DNA of 64,000 bases, from NCBI GenBank assembly GCA_004431415.1, contig QPMI01000178.1:1-64000 (forward strand), given 5' to 3'. The DNA is from Cyanophora paradoxa CCMP329 (taxonomy: Eukaryota; Plantae; Glaucophyta). The notes beneath the pieces were generated by a model. The model was given only the letters and a program-made list of their open reading frames with translations. It was not told where the DNA came from and made no database searches. Positions 45,501 to 59,000 of the stretch are shown here, in pieces; the first letter of the stretch is position 1; each line of letters opens with the position of its first letter. A program made the position numbers and the translations under genes.

Positions 45501-48500
45501 GGGCACGCACTCTACGGTGCAGACCCGCACGTAGTTGCCCTTCACCGCGTCGCCGCGGTTGTCGTTGTAGTCGTGGCACTCTGCGCCGGGGGTCGACTCG
45601 CCAGCCCCGACGCTGGCGCCCGCCCCTCCCGCTTGCAACCGCCGCCGCGTTGCAGCGACTTTTGCCGGCACTGCATCCCGAAACCATGTCAGGGAGTTCG
45701 GCACGCACAGAGCTAGACCCTGCTTATATAATTAACGCACTCATGACCGAAGAGATGGACACTTGCGCAGCCGGGCATGTCGGCTTCGTCCAGTAGTCTG
45801 CAAGAAAACGATCGAGCCGCGATGCATCCAAGTGCACAGGGCGATCGCGAGGCACCTGGATAATCTTTGGTGCACTTAATCTTGCCGTTGGATCCCGGCT
45901 CACAGCTCTCCCCGCACATCTCCTTCTTGAGGTCTCGCGCCTGACTGGCGGTCGAATCCTTCGGCGCCTTGTATATGCACTCGGATTTCGCCGACGATTG
46001 GCACGTGTCCTTCCCCGTTGCGAGCGGCTTCAGAGCGGCAAGCTTGCCTGCGAAAAGGGGTATCGGACTCTGTGACGTTGCGGCGCTTCTGATCCTTCCC
46101 CTAAAACGAACCGAGAGTGCTACCGATGCCTTTCAGCGTCTTGGAGTTCAGCGTGACGGCTGCAGAACCAGCGTCAGGCCTAGGGAACAGCACGCAAATT
46201 GGCGCAGCCTGTGCGGCTCACGGCTGTTTCGGGTCGTGAAGATGATGGGGTCGGTGTAGTTTGAGCGCCCCTCGTGGCGGCCGCAAGCCACTTGCACCGC
46301 GTAGGTCTTTAGGCCTTCCAGCTCGAGCACGCTGACGACGCTGGTCATCGTGCGGTTTTTCGGGGCCGAGGCAATATCAGCGCTTGTGAAGTTCAGGGTC
46401 CCTGGCCGCGATCGCGGGCCGTCGGTCAGTCAAGATTCCGATCACGACGAGCGCGAGCAGCGGACTCACCGGCGTCCGTCCCGTTAATCAGCATGTGGCA
46501 CATGGTAACTGCGAATAATTATAAATGGCAGGAATGAATTTCGAAGGCATTTTTGGCAAGGCCGCGTTCTCTCGCACCGGGATCCCCGCCTCCGGTTCCA
46601 TACCGCATGTCGAAATACACCGTGACGTACTGACTCTGCATCGGGGCGGTCGTGAGAGGAAGCCGAGACGCGTGTGCATGCGCTGCGCACTTCGGCCTGC
46701 TTGACGACAAGGTTCGCTGGCGGCGGCAGATCTGGAAGACATGTACAGGTCGGGACGCGCCCGAGCCGCTTGCACCCGCGGAAGTTAAAAGAGCGCCGCA
46801 CCTTTCGTCGTGAGAGTCTGCGACTTGCTCTGGCCGCGTCCGTTCGCGTTCGAGCAGGCAACCTAGCGGCGCAAGACGGTCGTCGACACCAAATAAAAGC
46901 GATCCGGCGTCGATATTAATTGTTTGACTGCAGCCGCGCACCTCGAGCGTGTAGGAGGTTCCGGGGGAGAGGTTGGAGATGAAGGCGGGGACGCCCGAGT
47001 TTCTCGCGGCCTTCCCCCCGCACGTCTCGACGTCGCTGGTCCGGAAGGGCTTGTAGCACCACATGTCGTCGGCCTTGGTGACGCGGAAGACCTCCGCGTC
47101 GGCGATGTAGCCCGCGCAGAACTCGAGGCCCGGCGGGATCAGGTACATCGTGTCGAGCCAGAGGTTGGCGCCGAAGGTGCGGGGAGCGAGGGTGAAGCCC
47201 GGCGACGGCGGCGGCTCGAGGTCTGCGCGCGCAGGTTGGCTCGTTAAAGGCGGCTGGGATGAGCACGTTAACGTTAACGTTAACGTTGGACGCACTGAGG
47301 ATGTCGACGGGGATCCAGCCGCCTTCGCGGCGACCCAGCCGATTTGCGCAGGAGACGGCGATCTTGTAGCGCCCCACTCCAAGGGTCTGCGGCAAGCCCG
47401 TTATCTTAGATCTCCTTCGTTCTTTCCGGGGCCTATAGCTAGGCCTCGATTCAGACACTGCGGACCCGCCGACTGGTGCCGACGGCGAAGGAGTCGATCG
47501 TGCGGCGCACAAGCTGCTGGTCGCCGAACTCCTCCAGCTTAACAGTGGGCCCGACGCCCTGTTTGCAGCTCGCGATCGATCGCGGACCGGTTTACGACCT
47601 CGAGAGCTCCAGCGCGGACCTGGATGGGCTGGTTGTTGACCTCGATGAAGACGATCGAGCAATTGAAGGTGTCGGCGGGGACTTCGAAGTAGCGGGGGAT
47701 GGTCGGCCGCGGGATGCCGATCTCCATTGTGGCCCTCTTCGTGTTGACGTCGACGGACACTGCAAACCGCACCGGCGCAAATGGCTCCTGGGGCGGGCCG
47801 TCGGCTGCGCGCGGATGAGTGCCTTAGAGCGGAAACAAATCGCTGCGCATGCACGGGCTGCGCGCACTGGTGAAGGTGACTCTCGGGGAGAGGGGGCCCG
47901 CCTCGATATTGTTGGAGCACCGAGACATGAACCTGTTGGCCAAGTTGACATCTGGACACGCGAGCTCGAGCGCAGGTAGAAGGGAGCGCGCACGTGTAGT
48001 CGGAGGAGGGTTCGAGACCCTTCACGCTCACAAGGCGGCCCGAGCGAGTGCTCAGCTCGGTCGCGACGACGTGCCCTACAACGATCTTGCCAATCATGGC
48101 GTAGAGGTCACACTTCAGGATGGGGGGCCAGGCGAGCTCTGCCTGTATCCCAATCTGCACGCGCGCAAAAGTTGAGATCATGGCCGTCGAGATCGATGCA
48201 CTATTTCCGCTCCAATCGCACGTACCTGGACGATCAGCGAAGTCGTCGTGTAGTACATCAGCCTCGGCGGCGGCGGCTGAAGCGGCGGCGCAGGCGGGAC
48301 GGGGCCCGTCTGGAACTGGACGTAGGTCTCTGCGACGACCTTTACGTTCGGACCGTCGTTCATGTTGAGGTACACGGTGCAGTTCAGCTGCGAGTTCGGG
48401 GGTAGACCCGCCGCCTCCAGCGAGATCGGCACAAGCTTGCGCGGAGGCAGAAGGAACGGTCGAGGCCCAAAGGTTCGCGTTGAAGGCGGGAGCTGCAGAC

Positions 48501-51500
48501 CTTCGGGCTGCGGGACGGAGGTTAAGCGCACGAGCGAGTAATATATAATTTAATAACAGAACTAGAACGGCGCACAAGCGAGGCCGCGGAGCACGTCGCG
48601 TTTACGTAGACGAAGCCTGTCCACGTCCCGGGATTGAGCACATTGAGCACGATTTTGGCCTGTGGTTGAAGCGAATCAAGATTAAATATTGCTTTAAAAA
48701 AGGTTCTAGTAGCCGCTGCATCGAAACCCCGGACCTGGTAGCGCTCGACATCTGCAGACACCGACTCGATCAACGGCGGCTTGCAGACAAAGGCGGCCCC
48801 CGGTGCGAGGGTGCCCGTCCGCTGGCTGCCGGATTGGTCCTCGGCGGTCGTAATGAGCTGTGTGCGCGTGTATCAGCTGAAGATTGAATATTCCTCTCGC
48901 TATCGACAATGCTTTGATGATCACCTCGTTTTCGTTGAGCCGGTACCAAAGCAGCAGCTGGCTTGGGTCCTCGATCTTCACTCTCGGTCCCCGCAGGAAG
49001 AGCTGCGTGGCATTCGCAGACATATCCGTGCCCCAGATTCGGAACTTTTTTTGGCGCCCCGAACAAGTCAGTTTGCGCGCACTGCACTTGATTAGGTTTA
49101 ATACAGACCTCGGCGAGGCCAGTGTTAGAAAGAGCCGCGGTATTCCCGAAGCTCGAGCCACCCAGAGATCCGCGAGTGGCGCCCGCTAGGGCGGAGGGAA
49201 GGGCCCTGAAATCCTCCCTCCTCTCGCCAGCTGGCACGCCGTCAATGAAGCCGCGAACGGTGGCTAGCGCCTGGTCCAGCCCAGCGAAACTAATGTGCAC
49301 GTGACTCCAGTCCGAGACCTGCAATTGAAGCAATCGCAATTAGGCCTCGAGTTCCCGACGCGTGTGCATATGAATGCGCCCTGATTAAAAAGAATAGCGC
49401 ACTTTTACAGTGTTGGTTGTGTTGTCAAAGAGCACAACCGCCTGCCGATTGCCTTGGCCGTCGAGCACTCCAACGGAGAGTGCGAGTACGCTCGTAGAGA
49501 CGAGCCATTCAGCGAAAACCACGTTGCTGTCGTTGCTCGCCGCGCCAATGTGGAGCAGACGAGACCCGTTCGATGGATTACTGGCTGGGTTCACCCAGAA
49601 GTCGATCGAGAGGGCGGTAGTCTGTGGCCAAGTAATATTTGGATTCATTGCAACGCTGATTTCCCCGGATGGCTCGGCTCCCGCGAACGTCATTCCTGCG
49701 CCCGCCACACAGGATCCGGACGTCGAGAGACAAAGAAAGCGTCAGGCAAAGATGCCGAAGGACGAAATTTGATGCGGCAATTGCGAACGGACCGCAAAGC
49801 GGTGGCTGCTTCCCTTCGACGACAGTCTGCTCCGGTTCGGAAATGATCGGATCATTGCTCGGCGGAGCGGGAGGTTCGGGATCAGCTGCAGCCGTCGGCG
49901 GGGGATCCGACGAAGGGATGTTGTTGGGATCGTAAACGGGGACGGTGAACGAGGCGGGGCCGCTGCTCAGTTCCTCGTCGACCGCGATCGAGGCGCCGGC
50001 GCTCGAGGAAGAGTGGCTGAGTGCTGGCGTGCAGCTGTACGTTGTGCCCATGGTCAGGTTCTGCAGGGCCAGGACGTAACTCTTCTGCTGGCCCTCCACG
50101 ACATTAGCGGCTTGCACTGCCTCGCTGACTCCAGAAGCGTCGGCCGTCCCATTCAGAGTGCAGTTGACGCGAACAGAAACGTTCTTGGCCCCGCCCCACA
50201 CGGCGAGGTTCTTGATTGTCAACGGGAAGTACGCGGTAAGGCCGCTTTGCTGCGCCGTGATATTGGCTGCGAGCGGAAGTTCAGCACTACAATCGCCACA
50301 TCGCGCAATCAAAACGACGCTTGTTTACCGCTAAACCAGGCGCATTTTTCCGCCACCGTGTTCTGGGTGGCGCTGCGGCTCGTGCACGTGAAAACAGGTT
50401 GGTCGGCTGTCGTCGTTACCACATTCCGTTTGAGTGATTGCTGCAAGCCGCCGGTCAAGACAGTTCCGCTGTAGTCCGCAGCATTAAGGCTCGTCTGCCG
50501 GTGCGATTGGAAACGTATAAGTAAGCGCGAAGTGCGATTTCGAATCGCCATTCAGCATTTCTAGCTATAGATTCCAATGCTCTTAAGGGCAAAGATGATT
50601 AATTCTTTATGTGTACCGACTGCTCATCCAGTCTGAAATCCCTGCGAATGCAGGTGCGACAGCAACGAAGTCAATATGTGCTCTCGTAAATAGTTAAGAG
50701 GCGGGGAACGGCACATGTATGTGCGGTACTTTCTGCGCGCGCACAAATGGTTGGCCATAAGAATGGAATACTTAAATTTAGCAAGCGCACAGTAGCATGC
50801 GGCATCCAATCCGGTCCATGAAAAGGTTTTGAATTTCCACTTGGGAGAGGGCTGACTTCCATATCCGGAGCCTTTGCAGATATTGACGTCGACGCGGGGC
50901 GTACGAGAGCAAAAACTGAGAACAGCGCACTCGGCAAACGTGAAGCCTTGAGGCGTGGTGTATTCCGTGCCGTCGCCGACTCTGAACCTTGTTCTCCCGT
51001 TCACATAGAGGCTCCGCATCGGAGTGTCGAAGTTTGATGGGTCGCCCATCACGGGACGGAGTCCGATCGGAGAAGTCGTGGCGGGGTCGTCGACACTCGC
51101 TAGGTTGCCACCATAGACGAACATTTGCACTCCGTTTCGGTAGCACGCAACCGGCGCCACGTTGCCGGAAGTAGTAGCCCCCATAACGTATGCCTGGCAT
51201 TGGAGTGAGCTCGAGCTCGGGGCACGTGCATCGCATGAGCGGCTCGGAGAAACAATTCAAACGCGCACGAAGTGAACCTGCGCAGCTCAATTAATCTACG
51301 AAGACCACGCGCAAGTTCAAACGAGCACGCACCCATGTGCCAGCCTAATGAAGTGATACAAGCACCGGTACCGGATGCGGCAGGGGCCGGGGGCGCGTCA
51401 GGATTTCACAGATCTAGAGTGACCAAACGCATCATCACGCATGGACGAAAAAGTACCGGGAGAAGAACATTGGAGACGCCGTTGGCAGTATTCGTGTCTT

Positions 51501-54500
51501 TCCACTCGCATGCTCTGGTGCGTCGTTTTTGGTTATCCGTAGATCCGTACGACTGGCGCATAAAGAGCCGAGTCCTGCAAATGCAAACAAGCATCTTCAG
51601 GTAGGCAGTTCGATTATATAGAGGAATGACGGTACGGTGGCAAACCACGATTCGCTAAATCTGTATGTGTGCAAGAGATAATGAGCCAAACCGCAGCAAG
51701 AGAGAGCACGCGCACGCGAATTGTGCACCCGACCAACCAATCTTGTGCGGTTATGGTCGTAGCGCTCGGATTCCAAAGTCCAAGCACAACATTTATCTGC
51801 AATCGCGCAGCTCTTTGCGATCCAAGGCCACCACGCACGGCGATCATGAGGGATAAGACGCGCACGTTTGTGTCTGTCGACGTGGATGGGCGGAACACCC
51901 TGGCACGCGTGCGGTCAGAAGGACGCGCGAAAACGGGTCTATATGCGGGCGCAGCTAACCAGAATTCGACCGTGAGCGGATTGAGCAGCGTTTTGCTGTA
52001 CGCAAAATTCACCATCTCCGCGCCGGCTCTTGTAGAAGTCGCGGCGAATTTGAGCCCTGCACGCAGTTCAACGAGGCCATAATGAGGGATCGACGGCGAG
52101 TGAATGCAATTGCAAGCTGGACTTTCCGCACCGCATGACGGCGCCTTCGCGGCAGGGATAGTAAAGGAAGGGGTCGGTGCAGAGGACGCTAGAACGGTGA
52201 GCCCCCTGCCGACGCGCGCGGTGCACGCGTAGTTTGAGCCAGCTCTAAGTCTGCGTGAGGAGAGAAAGACCGGTCAGGCGCTCGCGAACTTTGGATGCGA
52301 GGCCCCGGCAAAGCGGATCCCGGATGCGCACTCATCCGCCAGGCTTAGTGCGACCTTGGTCTCTCCAGTGGCTGGCACAGTGACGATCTTCCCTTTCAGA
52401 TACCCCGCCACGGCAACGGTCTCGCTGCCCGAGCAAGTGATCCAAGCGGTGACGGAGGCGTCGCTGCTTCCAGTGTTCGACACAGTGAGATCGAAGTGCG
52501 CGGTCACGCCGACGATCCGGCGCGAGTCGATCGCGACGGAGAGGCCGCCGCTGGGGAAGCACTGAGGGATTGTCACCGCCGTCTGGGCATTCCCGGTGCA
52601 GGTAGCGAGATACGTGGGCGGCTGATCGTCGGTGAGGGTAGGGACAGCCAGATGTGCATTGCTGCCGCCGTAGTCTGCAGCCGTTCTCGTCGTCGTCTGC
52701 AAGCCGAATTTGAAAAGGCTCCATCAGAGTTCTGTAACGAGCCGGCGAGCCGTTCGCGAGCTTGGCGCACGCCAGTTTCGTTGAACTTCATGATCAGGGA
52801 GGGGACGAACGCACGCAGTTGATTACTCAGCATCGCGATCGGGCTCAAACGAAAAGCCCCATGCAAATGGCCATGGCCAGGGCCCCAAACATACCTTCCA
52901 GTAGCTGGGCGTGGCAGAAAATGAAAGCGAACGGAGCGTCAGGGCGCGATCGCGAACAATTGCAAAGAACGGTCGGCGACCACCGCGCGCACTGGAACAT
53001 TTCGTACTTCCGGAACGATGTGCACGAGAGGCCGTTGTTGTACAAGTCCGTAACGTCGCTCTCTGAGAGAGCTGCGGCCCATATTCTCATCTCTGAGAGA
53101 GTCAGGTCGATGAGCGAGTACTCCTCCTGACCAGGCTTCTGCGAATGCGGCTCGCTGTGAGCTTAAACCGGTTACGCCGCGTGTAGCTATAGCCTTTCCC
53201 AGTTCGCACGCAGTTGCAATGAGCTTCGGGCATGTACATCGCACTAATACAAGCGATTCCCACGCACGTTGTCGAGGAAGGTCTCGCCCAGGAGCGGCCC
53301 CCGGTGCCCGTAGACTTCGCCGTCGGTGTCGTCATAAATGTAACGGTAGGGCACCCAAAGCGGGGGCAGCCGGAAGCGCTTATTGGGATCAAACAATGTC
53401 GATCCTCTAACCGCGCTGAAGCCGCCCTTGATGCCGTTCCTGCGTGGTAGGAGCGTCAGCTCGGGTCCAATAAACCGAATGGTCTCTCATGTGCATGTTA
53501 CAGCCTGGCAGATTCTCTCTCATCTTCCACCTGTGCCTGCGCACCTGTACCAGCGAATTTGTGCCTCGTTGTTTGATGCATTGGTCGCCTCGATCACAAT
53601 CGCCTGTCGAAGCACTTTAAGCACGCAGGAAGATGCAGATCTCTTGATCGATGAAATGCAAATTAAACCGGTACTGACAATGTGGTACTGAAGACATCAG
53701 ATCGGGGGCGCAAAGCGCGAGTGAGATCGATATCTAGAGTTGTGATTTTCAAATCATGTGCATATGCATATGCATACCCAGTTCCCGTCGCGCTGCCAGC
53801 GGACAGGTGGAAGATCAAGGTTAGCATGACGCTAGCGCTGCCGATCGCGATTTTGATTGCGCGCTGGCGCACCGGAATCGCCTCGGCGGTGCTGCCGTAC
53901 AGACGGCTGGAGGTCCGCATGCGGTGGACCGAATTATCACCATACGACATATGGACGTTCAGGTAGTTGACTTTGGCCGTGTCGTCGTAAAGAAACATCT
54001 GGACGTCCAATATTAATCGTCACGCGTAGTTAGATATGGCAGACAACAGGGGAGGAAGCGGGAGAGAGGGGATCGGAGGGAACGACGGAGGTTTAAAAAG
54101 AGCTTTGAAAAGGACGCGCCACTGAGAACTCGTCTTCCTACGGAGTTCGGAGGCCAATCGCGAACTCATGATCAGCAGGGATTTGACTGCGGAGGCAGCA
54201 GATCTAGAGCCGACCATGTCATAGCCAAAGGTAATGATGCCAGCCGGTGACGGCATGTAGATAGCGGTGTTTGAAGAGAGCACGCGTTTTATCCTGAGAC
54301 TCGCTCAGAACTCGAGGGGTCGATCGCAAAAGAAAAAAAATCAACGGACCAGAATTCCTTGTTTGTTGCGAGTTAGATGCAGTCTGATGAGTTCCGCGCC
54401 GAAAGAACAAGACGGAGAGCATAGCGCACCACCGTCAGCGGGTTTGTAAGCCGCACGCGACCCGGGATCGTTTGCGCATTCTCGACTCGCATGACGCGAG

Positions 54501-54898
54501 GCCTGTTGTATATGGTATACGACCCAGCCGCAGTCTTTCCGAAGTAGACACCTGCAGCGCTCGTTTCGCGAAGCTCAAGCTTGAGGGAAGTTGATGATCA
54601 CATGTACATCGGGCGCATGCGCACCGCAGTTCGGCGCCCCCGACGCGGCGCAGCTCTGCACGACGGCGAGCAGCACGAGCACCGCTATCGCTGACAGGTG
54701 CGCGGTGCCGAACGCTCCCGCCCCGCGGCCGCGCGCAGAGTAGAGTAGCTGCAGAGTAGGCGAGAAGGCGAGCGAGTCGAGCGCACGTCTAGATCTGCCG
54801 CCGAAGGAGATGCCGCTGCATGCGCAGCTGAACGACCCCGCGACGCTGCGCGCGCGGGCTGCCGGGGCGCCCGATCGCGACCCGTCGAAAGCGTCCAT
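42573..54898 (-). CDS. Very large type-I membrane protein with several LamG/concanavalin-like and fibronectin-III-like domains (dozens of exons)
   Basis: Signal-like HLSAIAVLVLLAVVQSCAA near the 5' end. LamG-like LTVEFWL, ALSIDFWVNP..SRLLHIG, WSHVHISF, LSEMRIWAAALSESDV, FRIWG. FN3-like ISNLSPGTSYTLEVRGC, LEGLKTYAVQVAC..NYTDPIIFTT, LAPLTPYRLVATC. C-terminal TM GLGLGIGLGL|GAVLLLVGGIWAW followed by a basic tail; stop at 42573. It could be more than one gene. Confidence 0.65.
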
Positions 54899-56004
54899 GG
54901 CCAGCGTGAAGGATCGGTATATAAGGACCGTCGAAAGGAGATCGGTATATCGCGGCTGTGAATGCTGCCGTGCTCGCAGAGGATCCGGAAGCTTTAAGCT
55001 AATATATAAGCCGGTCCGCTCGCCCGCTCGCCGGTCGGCGCACGCCGCTAACTGCGCCCGCGCTCAGACCCCGCGGCCGGGCCCCGCGGCCGCGGCCGGC
55101 CGCCGCGTCCGGTATATATACGTATCCCGCGGCCGGCCGCTGAGACGTCGACGTCGACCCCACGCTATCGATATCGATATCGATATCCGCGCTGGAACCC
55201 CGAGGATCCGGAGATCTGAGCTCGAGCAGCTAGCGCTAGCAGTTTTTCGACTTGTACAGTGCAGTAGCAGTGACAGCAGCGACCTGCAGCGGCGGGGGCG
55301 CGGGGCGGGGGGGCGGGGCCGGGGGGCCTCCGCTGACGCCCCCTAGCTATAGGGAGCGGTTTGGCCGGACCTACCAAATATTTCCCGCGGCCGCCCACTA
55401 AATTAAAATGACCAAAATCGCAAAGTACTAATTATTTTCCTGTACTAAATAAACTAGTTCTACAGTACTCTGTGAGACGCGGCACTGCGGCAAAGACGCC
55501 GCACAGCGGCACAGGACTACTTAGTCACTACTACAGTAGTAGTCACTGAGTGGCAAGTCACTGGCAAGTTCAGTGGCAACTTAAAGGCTTGCTGCCAGGC
55601 TGCCCGGCGCCAGCGCTAGCGCCGGGGCCGGCCGCCGGCGACCCGGCCGCGGCCGGCACCTGCATGCAGCAGTGCTGCAGCCTGCACTGCGGCAGCCTGC
55701 AGGGCAGTGCAGGCTGCCGCCGGCGCGCAGTGGTACTGGCACCGTACTACCGTAGTACGGTACTGCTGCTGCATGCGACAGCTGTAGTCGATATCATAGT
55801 GTAGATCTGCGGATCGATCGATATCGCAAATCGCGATCCGGTCCTCTGACCGTCCTCGAGCTCATATATATGCATCCGGAGAGCTTCAAGCCGCGGCCGC
55901 AGTGCGGCTCTGCAGCTGCGGCCAGTCTGTGGCAAAGCTCGACAAGCTCGGCTTTACTAGCATTCGAGGCGCACACATGTGCAAGCGCTAGCGCTAGCGT
56001 AGCG
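54899..56004. promoter_or_regulatory. Divergent intergenic region saturated with palindromes and hairpins
   Basis: Lies between two outward-facing ATGs. Perfect inverted repeats at 55527-55543, 55677-55717 and 55741-55761. Confidence 0.55.
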
Positions 56005-59000
56005 ATGCATAGGAAAGATCCTCCCGGCTTCCGTATGCGCGTTCGGGGCGGAACGGGAGCATGCGCATGCGCCCTGCTTCTGGCGTTTATCGTCTTGGTG
56101 AGCATTGCAGCTTGCGTCGACGCAAACCGCTACGAAAAGAACGGTGCGCCCAGTACTAACACGCTGTACAATAGAGCTATAGCTATAACTAGCGACGATA
56201 TCGACGCATGTGCATCTGCGGCTTTCCTTTAGTCATACTTGCGACCCGGACGCCGATGCGCAGCATGGAAGGCATTCGCGTATGCACCCGGCGAGCGCTT
56301 CACTGCTCGCCCGGGACACTTGAAGCCGAGATCAGAGGCCGAGATCAACCGCGGCTCAACCGTGGACCCGACGACTGGCCACCGTCACTGGGACGCTGAG
56401 GTCCGACTTTGTGGCAACCGTAGGCCCGGCGTGTGGCTCTTAAGATCTTGAGCGGAGATCGCAGGATTTCAGAGTTCACCCGGGCGGGAAGCGATCGCGG
56501 CTCCGCATGAAGGGCGTGCAGGTCCGCGAAGCTCTACTCCTCGAAGACGAGGAGAGCATCATCGCCGTGCACTGGTTCGTGTGGCCGTCGCGGATCCGGG
56601 ACCCGTTCAACGGTCAATGAAATTGAATATAATTTCCAACTCTGACTCGAGCGCAGCGCGCACGCCCCGCACACGATGTCGCTCGTACTGGACGACCAGC
56701 ACGGTCACTCGCACGCCCACGGGGGCGAGAAGGCGTCGACGCGCGTCCACAGCCGACTCCACAAGTTCAAGTACGACATGCTCATTTCCGGTCAAGAGCA
56801 CTGGTGCGTCTGCATTTCGCACCCGCGCTTGAAGCTTATGGCACAGATCCGATATCGCAATCGATGGTTAAAAATTAAGACCCCGCCGTGCACATGTACA
56901 GGCACTGCGGCTCTGCGGTTCCTGAAGAGGAAAGCGAAGACGAGGGGTCGCGCGTTGGAGCACCGCCAGTGATGGGCCGCGGGAAGGCGTGCACGGGACC
57001 TCCAGCCTCCTGTTTCGCTCTTAGATTGCAATTGATCCGCGGTTGACAGGGCGGAGTGTTCGTTCGGGTCCTGGAAGTGCACACGCATCCGTGCTCCGTC
57101 CCCGTCAAAAACTCCGGCGCGCTCTTCGGACTGTGCGTCGATCTGCGGACTGAGAAGGCAAGGATTACGGTGCGTCGCAACTCGGAAGGCGTCGCGATCG
57201 GAAACCCAGGACTCCCGTGTCTCACCCATGTGCATGTCTCGCAGGACATGTTTAAGGATCTGCACTTCGGTAATTTTCAATGGATTCAATTGCAATCGCG
57301 ATACTCTACAAACTCGCAAGTTTGTATTCGAATCTGACCATGACCACCGGTCGAGCAGAAAGCAATGCCGAGGATATCGTCTCCCATCAGTGCGCTGCGC
57401 GGCGCACTTGTTTTTAGACACCCTCTACAGTTTTTTAACGCATCGTGCAGCGAAGGGCGCCGGGTCTCCGAGGACGACTACAAGTCGCGCGGACCCGTAC
57501 GCGGGCACGACTTCGGTGGTGAGGCACTCTGTGCAGAGCGCGCAGCTGTGGGATTCTGAGTTGTGTTGCGGGCCGGGTGCTGGTGCAGACTGGAAGCCAA
57601 AGAAGGCGCGGAGACAGCACGCCTCGGTCGCCACCTGGCAGCCTCCTCGCGCCGCTTCCGGGTCCAAGTCCGCGAGGACCGCCGACGCCCTTCACTCGGT
57701 CCACTCCGGCAAGGCGACAGAGCAGCGGATGCACGAGGAGAAGGAGCACTTCCGCAGCCAAGTGAGGATGTACCCAGCAGGGCCGTCACCGATGGGCGAC
57801 GACGAGCCGTACGAGCCGTCTGCGGTCAAGGACGATGAAGAGCTCGCCACCGGCGACCTCGACGGCCACCGGCACGCGCAGCAGGGGCGCCGCGGCCTCC
57901 GCTTTGACCTGTTCGGTTGGCTTGGCAATGGAATCAAGAAGGCCGCAAGCGCAATAAAAAAGGGGTTTGATAAGGCAAGCTGTAGCTTGAGCGCATAACC
58001 CGGCGCTCCGCTGAGGTTGTATTCCTCGCAGGTCGGACAGGCGATCAAGAAGGGTGTCGAGAAAGCCGGCGACTGGGTAAAGAACACCGCCGGCCCCTGG
58101 CTGAAAAAGAACGTTGTCGAGCCCGCCGTGCGACTCGCGATGCCTTCCGTTCGGTTCCCGTTCGAGTTCGCTGACTTTCTTGGCGCAGAAAAAAGGTCCG
58201 GCTGACCCGAGCTTTTGGGTCTCAGCCAATAAAACGATTGCTGTGCACGTACGTGGTCCGCCCTTGCATATTAATCGCGTCCGATTGCAGCCATCGCCGC
58301 CGCTAAGGACTGGGTCGAGGTTCGGATTTTCCTTTCTCAGGTCGGCGCGACCCTTCTAGCGCTGACTTTTATAACAGGAGGCCGGCAACACGGCCATGTA
58401 CATTGTAAACAAAGTTGTCAAGTATGCGAAAGATAAACTTGAGGACTTTGATAAAGCAACAGGTCGCGCTCCTGTGCTCGCGCTGCATTAATCTTCTCAA
58501 CGTTAACGGATGATTGTCGTTTGCAGGCGGGAGGTTCGGCGGAATCATCGGTCAGATGCAGATGGGCATGGACCTCGTGAAGACCGCGGGCGAATTCGTC
58601 GTGAACGCGGTGCGTCATATATGCATGTAAAATCCGCGTTGCCGTCGGCCCGTGTACGTAATTTTAAAATATCGATTACTGATGCATATTCTCGATCTCC
58701 GCCTCGCGCGCAGGCTGAAGCCGTGGTACGTACATTCGAGCCGCGATCGCAAGAATGCATATGCTCCTTTGAGCTGCGATCGCGAGGATGCCTGCGCCGC
58801 AGGCGACCACCGCGCTGGACTACGCCGCGCTGGCCGTGGAAGCCCTCTCTTGGTCAGCGAGCTTCGGGTTCCTCGTTGATAAAGCTGACGTATCGGCGCA
58901 GTGCCGCCGGAGAGTGCAATCTCATTTTCCGCATCACGAAGGGCACGATTCCGTTCCCGCCGTACCCGGAAATGCCCAAGCTGTGCGTGGTGTCGAATTT

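Noticed and set aside
55204-55240. Cloning-vector polylinker contamination
   Set aside because: There is no vector backbone, and similar palindrome clusters occur in several non-coding parts of the window.
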